DNA of 64,000 nucleotides from an uncultured Chloroflexia bacterium (GTDB lineage Bacteria > Chloroflexota > Limnocylindria > Limnocylindrales > CSP1-4): contig OY970218.1 in NCBI GenBank assembly GCA_963713975.1, positions 1,408,001-1,472,000 on the forward strand, written 5' to 3'. Of the stretch, positions 44,330-53,075 are shown in pieces. The first letter of the stretch is position 1. Each line of letters starts with the position of its first letter. A program made the translations under genes and the position numbers. Below the pieces are notes generated by a model. That model ran no database searches. It worked only from the letters and a program-made list of their open reading frames with translations, and was not told where the DNA came from.

Positions 44330-46276
44330 GTGACCGAGATCGGGAGCGTGCTTGGCGGCCGCTATCGCCTGGTGGAGCTGCTCGGACAGGGCGGTATGGC
44401 GACGATCTACCGTGCGCGCGATGCCCAGCTGGATCGCGACGTCGCGGTCAAGTTGCTGCGCCCGGAGTTCGGGCGCGACCCGGACTTCCTCGCCCGGTTC
44501 CGGGACGAGGCACGCTCTGCCGCTTCGCTGAGCCACCCCAACATCGTCGCGGTGTTCGATTTCGGGGAGGAGGAGTCCGACCCGTACATCGTGATGGAGC
44601 TGATCGACGGCCAGGACCTGGCGTCCATCCTCCAGGAGAACGGCCCCCTTCCGCCGCGTCAGGCCTCCCGCGTCTCGGCCGAGGTGGCGAAGGCTCTCCA
44701 CGCGGCGCACGTGCGCGGGATCGTCCACCGGGACGTCAAGCCGTCCAACATCCTCGTCGGCCGGGACGGCCGGGTGAAGGTCGCCGACTTCGGGATCGCC
44801 CGCGCCCTCGCGGAGTCGCAGGTGACGCTGCCCGGAGTCACGATGGGCTCCGTCCACTACTTCAGCCCCGAGCAGGCCCGTGGCGAGCCTGCGACCGTTG
44901 CCTCCGACATCTACGCGCTCGGGATCGTCCTGTACGAGTGCCTGACCGGCCAGCGCCCGTTCTCCGGTGACGGCGCCGCCGCGGTGGCCCTCGCCCGCCT
45001 GACCACCACGCCGCCTCCGCCCTCGGCGTTGCGCAGCGGCGTCCCCGGCGCGCTCGACCAGGTTGTCGGGCGGGCGATGGCGCTCGATCCGGCCGAACGG
45101 TACGCGTCGGCTGCCGCCATGGCCAGCGCCCTGGAGGGATGGCTGGCGGATCCTGCCGCGGCGGGCCCGGGTGTCGCCGCCGCCGGTGTCGTGGCCGCCG
45201 GCGCCGCCGGTGCCGGCGCCGCCGGTGCCGTGGCCGGTGCGGCCGCGGTCGGAGCCGCACGCACGGTCGCGAGCGCCCAGGCCCGTCCGAACCAGGTTCC
45301 CTATCCGCCCGACGCATACGCGCGCCAGGCGCCACCGGCCAGCCCTGTCACCACGAGCGGAACGCCGCCGCCGCCGCCGTCGCCCGACGGCGACGACGAT
45401 GATGACGGCGGCGCCGGGCCGTGGGCCTGGGTTGCCGGCCTCCTGGGGATCGGGATCCTGGTGATCGTCGGCTTCCTGATCTTCCGGATGCTCACGGGCG
45501 GCGGCGGCGATGCCACGCCCAGCCCGTCCGCGTCGGGGGCCGAGGTAGTCCTGCCCACCTTCGTCGACATGACGCTGACCGACGCCGAGACGGCGGCCAA
45601 CGAGCTCGGCGTCGTGATCGTGATCGCCGGGACGGAGGAACGGACGGACATCGAGCCCGAGATCATCCTCAGCCAGGACCCGGCGGTGGGCGAGACCGTC
45701 CTCGCCGGCAGTGAGGTCGCCGTCATCGTGTCCCGCGGCAAGGTGGCGGTCGCCGTCCCCGACATCCGCGACATGACGGAGAACGAGGCGCTCCAGGTCA
45801 TCGTGGGCGAGGGCCTGACTGTAGGCGCGAAGACCGAGGACTTCTCCGCGGCGGTGGCAGTCGGCCTCGTGGTCTCGCAGAGCCCGGCGGCCGGGATCAT
45901 CGTCGCGCCCGGGACGCCCGTGGACTACACATTGTCCAAGGGCCCCGAGCCCACACCCAGCCCAACGCCCAGCCCCACGCCAAGCCCCACACCGCCGCCG
46001 ACCCCCACGCCCACGCCCCCGCCCACCCCGACGCCAACCCCGGCGCCGATCAACGTGGGTGACTACGGCTGCGTCACCGTGGACGAGGCAACCACAGCCC
46101 TGACCGCGGACGGGTTCACGCTCGGAACGGTGGTGTCCGACCCGCCCGGGATCGACCCGGTTCCCGGGGACTGGACCGTCATCGCCCAGGCTCCGACGCC
46201 GGGCAAGAAGCGCCAGGCCGGGACGCCGATCGACCTGACGGCGGCGGATCCCACGACGGTCACGACCTGCCCCTGA
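44330..46276 (+). CDS. pknB: PknB/Stk1-type Ser/Thr kinase with TM and three PASTA-like domains
   Basis: LGQGGMA, VAVK, HRDVKPSN, DFGIA and YFSPEQA, then a TM, PASTA repeats and a PT linker. Confidence 0.9.
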   Translation: MTEIGSVLGGRYRLVELLGQGGMATIYRARDAQLDRDVAVKLLRPEFGRDPDFLARFRDEARSAASLSHPNIVAVFDFGEEESDPYIVMELIDGQDLASILQENGPLPPRQASRVSAEVAKALHAAHVRGIVHRDVKPSNILVGRDGRVKVADFGIARALAESQVTLPGVTMGSVHYFSPEQARGEPATVASDIYALGIVLYECLTGQRPFSGDGAAAVALARLTTTPPPPSALRSGVPGALDQVVGRAMALDPAERYASAAAMASALEGWLADPAAAGPGVAAAGVVAAGAAGAGAAGAVAGAAAVGAARTVASAQARPNQVPYPPDAYARQAPPASPVTTSGTPPPPPSPDGDDDDDGGAGPWAWVAGLLGIGILVIVGFLIFRMLTGGGGDATPSPSASGAEVVLPTFVDMTLTDAETAANELGVVIVIAGTEERTDIEPEIILSQDPAVGETVLAGSEVAVIVSRGKVAVAVPDIRDMTENEALQVIVGEGLTVGAKTEDFSAAVAVGLVVSQSPAAGIIVAPGTPVDYTLSKGPEPTPSPTPSPTPSPTPPPTPTPTPPPTPTPTPAPINVGDYGCVTVDEATTALTADGFTLGTVVSDPPGIDPVPGDWTVIAQAPTPGKKRQAGTPIDLTAADPTTVTTCP

Positions 46277-46281
46277 GGCAG

Positions 46282-46710
46282 CTAGGGTTCCGGGTCGCCC
46301 CAGAGCCACCAGGTCCCGGGTATCCGCGTCGGCGCGCCGGGATTCGCGGCGAGCGGCCCCGCGCTGTCGTGCGGGTACGTCAGGCCGTCGACTGGAACGA
46401 ACGTTCTGGCCTGGCGACCAGACAGGCCGTCCGGCCCGTGGCTTTCCCCGGTCCGCCGGCCGGCCGCCACATCCACGAGATGCCGGATCGTCGGATCGGG
46501 CGCCGACGGGGCAGCTGTCCAGCAGGCGCGCATCTCCGTCCCGTGCAGCGCCGTGCGGCGGGGATTGAGGCCGCACATGCCCAGCCCTCCTGCGACACCG
46601 CGCCGATAGTGGCGACAGGTGGCGCAGGACGTCGTCGACCGGTGGCAGACCCAGCAGCGGGACGATTCCGGCTGCGGGGTCGCGCAGTGCGGGCAACGCC
46701 AGACCTGCAT
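46282..46710 (-). CDS. Small Cys-rich (zinc-ribbon-like) hypothetical protein
   Basis: CPHC, CWVC and CATC plus two further Cys; C-terminal WWLWGD. Confidence 0.75.
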   Translation of the reverse strand: MQVWRCPHCATPQPESSRCWVCHRSTTSCATCRHYRRGVAGGLGMCGLNPRRTALHGTEMRACWTAAPSAPDPTIRHLVDVAAGRRTGESHGPDGLSGRQARTFVPVDGLTYPHDSAGPLAANPGAPTRIPGTWWLWGDPEP

Positions 46711-46784
46711 GCCGTGGATCGTAGCTGCGCAACAGCCGGCTGTCGAGGCGGAATCGCGCGGCGGGACGGTCCGGATGTGGCCGG

Positions 46785-47996
46785 CTACTTGACGATGGTG
46801 AGCACCTGGCGGTCCGTCACGGACCCCTGGCGGCCCGCCGTCACCAGGACCGTGGCCAGTCCGCTTCCGGTCGTCGCGCCCGATGGGATGCGGGTGGTGA
46901 ACGTCGCCGTGCCGTTGCCGGTCGTCCGGATCTCCCCCGAGACGATGGCCTCCAGGCCCGGCACGCTCACCGTGAACAGGGCCGTGGCGCCACCCAGCTT
47001 CCTGCCGTCAGGTCCCGTGACCGTGACGATCAGCTTGATCGTCGAGGGCAGCTTGGAGGCCTTGAACCGGTAGGCGGAACCGGTGAGTACCGCCGTCAGC
47101 CTGCCCGAGCCCTTGCGCAGGTTCAGCGTGGCGGTGTTCGAGTTGCCGGCCAGGTCGGTCGCGGTCACCGTGATCGCGTTGCTGCCGTCGGTGACCGCAA
47201 GGGTTGCGTCCCACAGCCCGTCCTCGCCTGCGACCGCGGTGGCGACGGCGCCGTTGGCGGCATTCTGGATCCGGATCTCTGCGTCCGCCTGCGACTTGCC
47301 CTTGATGCGCGTGCTCGACTTCGTGACCTGCGACTTGTCCTTGGGCGAGATGATGCTGACCTTGGGCTTGGACGTGTCCTGGATCCAGGTGGTCACGGCC
47401 GACAGCTCGCTCTCGCCGCCCGGACCCATGATCGAAGCCTGGAACTCGTTGCGACCGTTGGCGAGCAGCACGGCAGGGATCAGCTGGACGGACGTCTCGC
47501 CGACCGGCTGCTCTGCCACGAGCTCGGGATCCGCATCGGGCACGGTGACGTAGAGGCGCACGGCGTAGCCGTCCTGGCCGGCCACCGCAGCCGGCACGTT
47601 GACGGTGATGTCCACCTTCTCGCTGTTGGTGTAGGGCTGGTCCGGTGTCGCGACGGATGGTGCGTCGGACAGTGCCGGTGCCTCGGTCGGCGTGGGGCTT
47701 CCCGCGATGCTGCCGACCTGGGCCACGAGCCCGCCGAAGCCGCCCACGACCGACGAGACGAACGGTCCGACCTGGCCGCTGCCGAACCACAGGATGGCGC
47801 CGCTCAGGAAGACGACGGCAAGGGCCAGGGACGCCTTGACGACCATGGGAAGACCACGTCGCCGTTCGATGCGACGGTAGTGGCGCATCCGCGTGGGGGA
47901 AGGGGTCACGACCCTCGCCTTGGCGGGGACGGGACGGCCGCTGGAGGGTGGTCGGGGCCGGACCTGCGACGGTCGGTCCCCGCGGCGGGAATCCAT
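46785..47996 (-). CDS. Single-TM protein with extracellular Ig-like domains
   Basis: Basic N-terminus, a TM, and beta-rich domains (DTSKPKVSIISP, ITVTATDLAGNS). Confidence 0.82.
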   Translation of the reverse strand: MDSRRGDRPSQVRPRPPSSGRPVPAKARVVTPSPTRMRHYRRIERRRGLPMVVKASLALAVVFLSGAILWFGSGQVGPFVSSVVGGFGGLVAQVGSIAGSPTPTEAPALSDAPSVATPDQPYTNSEKVDITVNVPAAVAGQDGYAVRLYVTVPDADPELVAEQPVGETSVQLIPAVLLANGRNEFQASIMGPGGESELSAVTTWIQDTSKPKVSIISPKDKSQVTKSSTRIKGKSQADAEIRIQNAANGAVATAVAGEDGLWDATLAVTDGSNAITVTATDLAGNSNTATLNLRKGSGRLTAVLTGSAYRFKASKLPSTIKLIVTVTGPDGRKLGGATALFTVSVPGLEAIVSGEIRTTGNGTATFTTRIPSGATTGSGLATVLVTAGRQGSVTDRQVLTIVK

Positions 47997-48148
47997 TGGT
48001 CCCGATTGTCGCATGGAGCCGCCCGACGTCCATCGCCGGGCGGGCCGGTGCGTGCCGCGGGCCACGGACGCCGGGCGGTTTCGCCGGTGATACGCTGCGC
48101 CTGCTTCGTGCCCCGTGTCCCCGGGGCCAGCCAGCTACGAGGGGAGCC

Positions 48149-48748
48149 GTGGAAGCGCGCGACCGGAGACCGGTTCGCCCGTCCCCGGGGGATCGGGATT
48201 CATGGAGCCATGGACCGATCTCCCGCGTGTCCCCGCGCCCTGGTGGCGCCGCGTCTTCGGCGGACACGGACACGGACACGGACACCGGCCGCGCCAATCC
48301 GTACCCGGGCCGCGCCAATCCGTACCCGCCCGCCCGGCGTCCGCTGCCCGCCGTTGCGATGCGCCCGACGGGGACTCCGGCCCCCCGGCCGCCCTCCGCC
48401 CCGGGCTATGCGCGGCCGATGCCCGCCGGCCGGCCCCCCGGCTCGCCATTCCCGCCGCGGCCCGTCGGTCCCGGCGGCGCCCGCACCTTTCCGCCGCCGT
48501 CGCGTGGGTTCGGCCTGCCCAGCCTGCGCCGGAACGTCTGTCCGCACTTCTACATGACCGGCTCGCGCGGGGCGATCCCCATCCAGGCACCGCATCTGCT
48601 CAAGGGCCTGCTGCGCCAGCCGCACACGATCTCCCGCTGCCAGCTGCGCGGAGGCGTCCACCTTGACGAGGGCTTCGTCAACGATGTCTGCCTGACGCCC
48701 CGCTTCAACCAGTGCGTGTTCTACGAGGACGAGCTGACCCGCGAGTGA
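48149..48748 (+). CDS. Hypothetical protein: Pro-rich disordered N-terminus plus a 4-Cys C-terminal domain
   Basis: GAGGGGAG RBS before GTG; CPHF...RC...C...CVFY; GTGA overlap with folC. Confidence 0.72.
   Translation: MEARDRRPVRPSPGDRDSWSHGPISRVSPRPGGAASSADTDTDTDTGRANPYPGRANPYPPARRPLPAVAMRPTGTPAPRPPSAPGYARPMPAGRPPGSPFPPRPVGPGGARTFPPPSRGFGLPSLRRNVCPHFYMTGSRGAIPIQAPHLLKGLLRQPHTISRCQLRGGVHLDEGFVNDVCLTPRFNQCVFYEDELTRE
48261..48328 (+). repeat. Intragenic in-frame repeats (CGGACA x4; 21-bp unit x2)
   Basis: They encode (D/T)n and GRANPYP x2. Confidence 0.8.
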
Positions 48749-50169
48749 GCGTGTCGGAACCGCAGCCCGCATCGCCGGCAGCGTCCGGCGCCCGCTCCTA
48801 CGCGGATGCTCTCGCGCTGATCGAGGCCCGCGGCCGGTTCGGGGTCCGCCTTGGCCTCGGACGAGTGCGGGCCCTGCTGCACACCATGGGCAACCCCGAG
48901 CGGTCCGTGCGCGGGGCCCTGGTGGCCGGCACCAATGGCAAGGGGAGCGTGATCGCGCTCGCCTCGTCCGCCCTGCGTGCAGCCGGATACCGCGTCGGCG
49001 AGACCCCCAAGCCGCACCTGGTGACGTATCGGGAGCGCATCGTCGTGGACGGTCGGCCCATCGCGGCCGCCGACTTCGCGCGTCTCGTGGACGAGGCGGT
49101 CCGGGCTGCGGACCGGATCAGCCGCCGCCTGGGTCCGCCCACCGAGTTCGAGCTGCTGACTGCCATGATGTTCCGGCACTTCGCTCAGGTCGGCCTCGAC
49201 GTTGCCCTGGTCGAGGTCGGCCTCGGCGGCCGCCTGGACGCGACCAACGCCTGGGCTGGCGGCGTCGCGGTCCTCACGAACGTCGGCCTGGACCACACGG
49301 ACCGCCTTGGCCCCACGATCGGCGCGATCGCCCGCGAGAAGGCCGCGATCGTGAAGCGCGGTGACAGCGCGGTGACCGGCACGCACGGGGAGGCCCTTGA
49401 GATCCTGCGCCGGCGGTGCGCACGACTGGGGGTCCCCCTTGCGGTCGCGGAGCCTGCGCCCGTCCTGGGTTGGACGCGCGACGCCCTCACCGTGGAGTTG
49501 CCGGGCCTGGGGCCGACAGACCTGGGCCTGCGCGGCAGGCACCAGGCGGCCAACGCCGCGGTCGCGGATGGCCTCCTGGATGCCCTCGAGCTCGCCGGGA
49601 TCGCGGCTGTGCCCGCGGAGGCACGACGCCGCGGCTATGCGGCCGCGAGCTGGCCGGGCCGGCTCGAGCTCGTGACGGCTCCCGGACCCCTGGGTCCGCG
49701 CGACGTCGTCCTCGACGGTGCCCACAATCCGGACGGCGCCGCCGCGCTCGCGATCGCCCTGGACGACCTGCGTCCCTACCTGGCCGGCCGTGACGATCCC
49801 CTGACGCTCGTGTGGGCATCCATGACGGACAAGGACACCGATGCGGTGATCGCTTCCGTTGCCGGGTCGGACTGGCTCCGGGGCGCGACGGTCGTGTGCA
49901 CGGCCTTGGACCTGCCGCGGGCGCTCCCGGCGCAGGACCTGGCCGCCGCCTGGCGATCCCGTAGCCCCGGTATGGACGTGCGGACCGTGCCGGATGTCGA
50001 TGACGCGCTCGACCTCGCGCTGGGCGGGGAACCCGGGCCGGTGGTGGTCGCGGGCTCCCTCTACCTGGTCGGGGCGGCAAGGGCCCGCCTGGTCGACGAC
50101 CCGGCCCAGCGGGACCCGGTCGAGGCATCATTGGGGCAACCGCCGGCGCGGCGGCCACCGACGAGGTGA
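48745..50169 (+). CDS. folC: Dihydrofolate/folylpolyglutamate synthase
   Basis: VAGTNGKGS, PHLVTYRERI, EVGLGGRLDATN, LDGAHN and AGSLYLVG. Confidence 0.95.
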   Translation: MSVSEPQPASPAASGARSYADALALIEARGRFGVRLGLGRVRALLHTMGNPERSVRGALVAGTNGKGSVIALASSALRAAGYRVGETPKPHLVTYRERIVVDGRPIAAADFARLVDEAVRAADRISRRLGPPTEFELLTAMMFRHFAQVGLDVALVEVGLGGRLDATNAWAGGVAVLTNVGLDHTDRLGPTIGAIAREKAAIVKRGDSAVTGTHGEALEILRRRCARLGVPLAVAEPAPVLGWTRDALTVELPGLGPTDLGLRGRHQAANAAVADGLLDALELAGIAAVPAEARRRGYAAASWPGRLELVTAPGPLGPRDVVLDGAHNPDGAAALAIALDDLRPYLAGRDDPLTLVWASMTDKDTDAVIASVAGSDWLRGATVVCTALDLPRALPAQDLAAAWRSRSPGMDVRTVPDVDDALDLALGGEPGPVVVAGSLYLVGAARARLVDDPAQRDPVEASLGQPPARRPPTR

Positions 50170-50173
50170 GTGC

Positions 50174-51154
50174 TTGAGCGAGCGACGGCTCCCCGCCGAG
50201 GGCGGCGTGGTCCGGGAGCGGCCCGACGAAGGCGGCGGGGCGGCGAGCCCCTCGTTCGGCCTGCCCGAGGGCGCCGGAACGGGCCTGGACGGGGCCCCTC
50301 GTCCCACCTCGATCGGCCCCGGCAGCTTCGTCTGGGGCTCGCGGACATACGTGATGGGCGTCCTCAACGTCACGCCGGACTCCTTCTCCGGTGACGGCCT
50401 CCTGGCCGCCGCGGATCCCGTGGCGGCCGCCCTCGCGCAGGCCGGCGGGATGGTGGCAGACGGAGCGGACATCCTGGACGTCGGCGGAGCGTCGAGCCGG
50501 CCCGGCCACGCGCCCATACCGCCCGACGTGGAGATCGGCCGCGTGGTGCCCGTGGTGCGCGCGGTCGCGGCAGCCCTGCCCGGGACCGTGATCTCGGTCG
50601 ACACCACCAGCCCCGCCGTTGCCGCGGCCGCGCTCGATGCCGGGGCGCACCTGATCAACGATGTCTGGGGGGTGGGCGACGACGACTCGATGGTCCGGAT
50701 CGCCGCCGAGCGCGGTGTCCCGATCGTGCTCATGCACAATCGGGCGGAGGCGCGTTATCGCAACCTTCTGCCGGAGGTCATCGCGGACCTCCAGCGAGCC
50801 CTGGACCGGGCCATGGAGGCCGGCGTACCGTGGGATCACCTGGTCGTGGACCCGGGGTTCGGGTTCGGGAAGACGCCCGACCACAACCTTGCCCTGCTTC
50901 GGGACCTTGGGGCACTGCGCCTGCTGGCCCGGCCCGTCCTTCTGGGCACGTCCCGCAAGTCGACGCTCGGCAAGCTGCTCGATCTGCCGCCCGGGGATCG
51001 CGTGGAGGCCACGGCGGCCACGACCGCCCTCGGCATCGCGGCCGGCGTCGACATCGTCCGCGTCCACGACGTGCGCGAGAACGTCCGCACGGCACGGGTC
51101 GCGGATGCGATCCTGCGCGGGTGGCGCCCTGACGGGTGGCCGGGAGGGACCTGA
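50174..51154 (+). CDS. folP: Dihydropteroate synthase (start uncertain; alternative ATG at 50354)
   Basis: MGVLNVTPDSFS, INDVWG, DPGFGFGK, GTSRKS and VRVHDV. Confidence 0.93.
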   Translation: MSERRLPAEGGVVRERPDEGGGAASPSFGLPEGAGTGLDGAPRPTSIGPGSFVWGSRTYVMGVLNVTPDSFSGDGLLAAADPVAAALAQAGGMVADGADILDVGGASSRPGHAPIPPDVEIGRVVPVVRAVAAALPGTVISVDTTSPAVAAAALDAGAHLINDVWGVGDDDSMVRIAAERGVPIVLMHNRAEARYRNLLPEVIADLQRALDRAMEAGVPWDHLVVDPGFGFGKTPDHNLALLRDLGALRLLARPVLLGTSRKSTLGKLLDLPPGDRVEATAATTALGIAAGVDIVRVHDVRENVRTARVADAILRGWRPDGWPGGT

Positions 51155-51157
51155 GAC

Positions 51158-51523
51158 GTGAGCGACCGGATCATCCTGGACTCGATGGTGTTCTCGGGCA
51201 CGCACGGCGTGTACGAGGAGGAGCAGCTGCAGCCGCAGCCGTTCGAGGTGGACGTCGAGCTCGCGCTGAACCTCCAGCCGGCCGGTCTCTCCGATGACCT
51301 GAAGCAGACGATCGACTATGCGGCCGTCTTCGAGACCTGCCGCCAGATCGTCGAGTCCACGAGGTTCAACCTGGTCGAGGCGCTTGCGGAGGCCATCGCC
51401 CAGGAGATCCTGGCCGGGTTTCCGACCGACGAGGTCACCATCAGGATCCGCAAGCCGAAGGTCCGGCTGGGAGGCCGGCTGCGCTCCGCCGGCGTCGAGA
51501 TCCGCCGCCGCCGCTCGGCCTGA
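51158..51523 (+). CDS. folB: Dihydroneopterin aldolase
   Basis: GTHGVYEEE, TIDY, NLVEALAE and IRKP. Confidence 0.95.
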   Translation: MSDRIILDSMVFSGTHGVYEEEQLQPQPFEVDVELALNLQPAGLSDDLKQTIDYAAVFETCRQIVESTRFNLVEALAEAIAQEILAGFPTDEVTIRIRKPKVRLGGRLRSAGVEIRRRRSA

Positions 51524-51659
51524 CGCCACCGGGCGGCTGAACAGCGCTCGGCCTGACGCCGCCGCCCCGGCCTCGTCCAGGACGGGGACGCGCCGCCCGA
51601 GGCCCTCCCGGGCGGCGCGTGCGTGAACGCGAGGGGCGGACACCCGCCCTCGCCTCGTG

Positions 51660-53075
51660 CTAGAGGTTGTCGGGTCGGGTCCCGAGCGTGACGTTGAGCT
51701 GGATCCTCTCGCTGCCGCGCAGCACGTCCAGGACCACCGTGTCCTCCGGGGCGAACTGGACCAGCAGCGCGTCGAGCGGGTGCTCCTGGTCGATCTTGGT
51801 GCCGCTGATCGCGATGATGACGTCACCGTCCTGGAGGCCGGCCGCGGCGGCCGGGCTGCCATCGACGATCGCCGGCCCGGTGCCGCCAGGGTTCGTCACG
51901 AGCGCCCCCGCGTCCACCGACAGGTTCAGGTCCTGCTTGACCTTGAGGTTGATCGACTGGAACCGGATGCCGATCCACGGCCGGCTCAACGCCTCGCCCG
52001 CCACCGCCTGGGACATGATCGGCTTTGCGATGTCGATCGGGATCGCGAACCCGATGCCCGAGGAGTCCGTGGCGACCGCGGTGTTGATCCCGACGACGGC
52101 ACCCGTCGCGTCGACCAGGGGTCCGCCGGAGTTGCCGGGATTGATGGCGGCGTCGGTCTGGATCAGGTTGTTGATGCGTGTCCCGCCGTCCACCTGGATG
52201 TCGCGGCCCTTGCCGGACACGATGCCGCTGGTCACCGAGAACGAGTAGGTGCCCAGGGGGCTGCCGATGGCGACGACCAGCTGCCCGATCTTGAGCGGAT
52301 CACTCGTGCCCAGAACGGCCGCCGGCAGCCCCGTCTGGTCGACCTTGATGATGGCCAGGTCCGTGAGCGTGTCGATGCCGTAGACGCGACCCTGGAACTG
52401 GCGGCCGTCCTTGAGCTCGACGGTGAGGGTGTCCGCGCCGGCCACGACGTGGCGGTTGGTGAGCACCCACCCATCGGCGTCGTAGATGAAGCCCGAGCCC
52501 ACGCCCTCGTTGGGGACCGCCCCGAAGGGATCGGTGGTCGTTGCCCCGGTCGTGATCTTGACCACCGCGGGGCCGATCTCGGCGGCGGCGTCGATCACGG
52601 CAGACGACTCGTCGATCGTGACCGGCAGCTGGCGGCCCGCCGGCTGGGCGAGACCGGTGCTGGCGGCAGGTGCGGGCTGGTCGAACGCGCCCGTCTGGTC
52701 CAGCACGACCACGGTGCCCGTGGAGGCGAGCACGGCCGCGAGGAGCGAGGCGGCGAGGACGGTGCCCACGCCGGCCCCCCCGCGCTTTGCGGGCTGCGCC
52801 TCCGTGACCGGAACGGCGTAGGCCGGCGGCGGCGGTGTGCCGGTGGCAGGCTGTCCCCACGCGGGCGGCGTGCCATACGGGACCTGTCCTTCGGCTGCAG
52901 CGGGCTCGTACCAGTGGTCCGCGCCGGGCTGGCCGCCGGGCGAGGCCCAGGCCCAGCGATCGTCCGGACGCGGATCCGGCGCGGGTGCGTAACGCGGAAC
53001 CTCGACGCGCTGGGTGTCGTCGAGCGGGTCGCCCCCGGCGTCCTGGGGGGTGCCGGGCGTCTGGTCGTCGTTCAT
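51660..53075 (-). CDS. htrA: HtrA/DegP-like membrane-anchored serine protease with PDZ
   Basis: GSGFI, LTNRHVV, DLAIIK, TDAAINPGNSGGPL and a PDZ domain. Confidence 0.92.
   Translation of the reverse strand: MNDDQTPGTPQDAGGDPLDDTQRVEVPRYAPAPDPRPDDRWAWASPGGQPGADHWYEPAAAEGQVPYGTPPAWGQPATGTPPPPAYAVPVTEAQPAKRGGAGVGTVLAASLLAAVLASTGTVVVLDQTGAFDQPAPAASTGLAQPAGRQLPVTIDESSAVIDAAAEIGPAVVKITTGATTTDPFGAVPNEGVGSGFIYDADGWVLTNRHVVAGADTLTVELKDGRQFQGRVYGIDTLTDLAIIKVDQTGLPAAVLGTSDPLKIGQLVVAIGSPLGTYSFSVTSGIVSGKGRDIQVDGGTRINNLIQTDAAINPGNSGGPLVDATGAVVGINTAVATDSSGIGFAIPIDIAKPIMSQAVAGEALSRPWIGIRFQSINLKVKQDLNLSVDAGALVTNPGGTGPAIVDGSPAAAAGLQDGDVIIAISGTKIDQEHPLDALLVQFAPEDTVVLDVLRGSERIQLNVTLGTRPDNL

Noticed and set aside
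45950-46045. C-rich repeat in the kinase gene
   Set aside because: Ordinary Pro/Thr linker between PASTA domains.
41204-46732. 1842-aa minus-strand ORF and other long antisense ORFs (e.g. 24108-26927, 31021-32886, 51657-53456)
   Set aside because: Shadow frames of well-supported genes on the opposite strand, expected in high-GC DNA, with no recognisable motifs.
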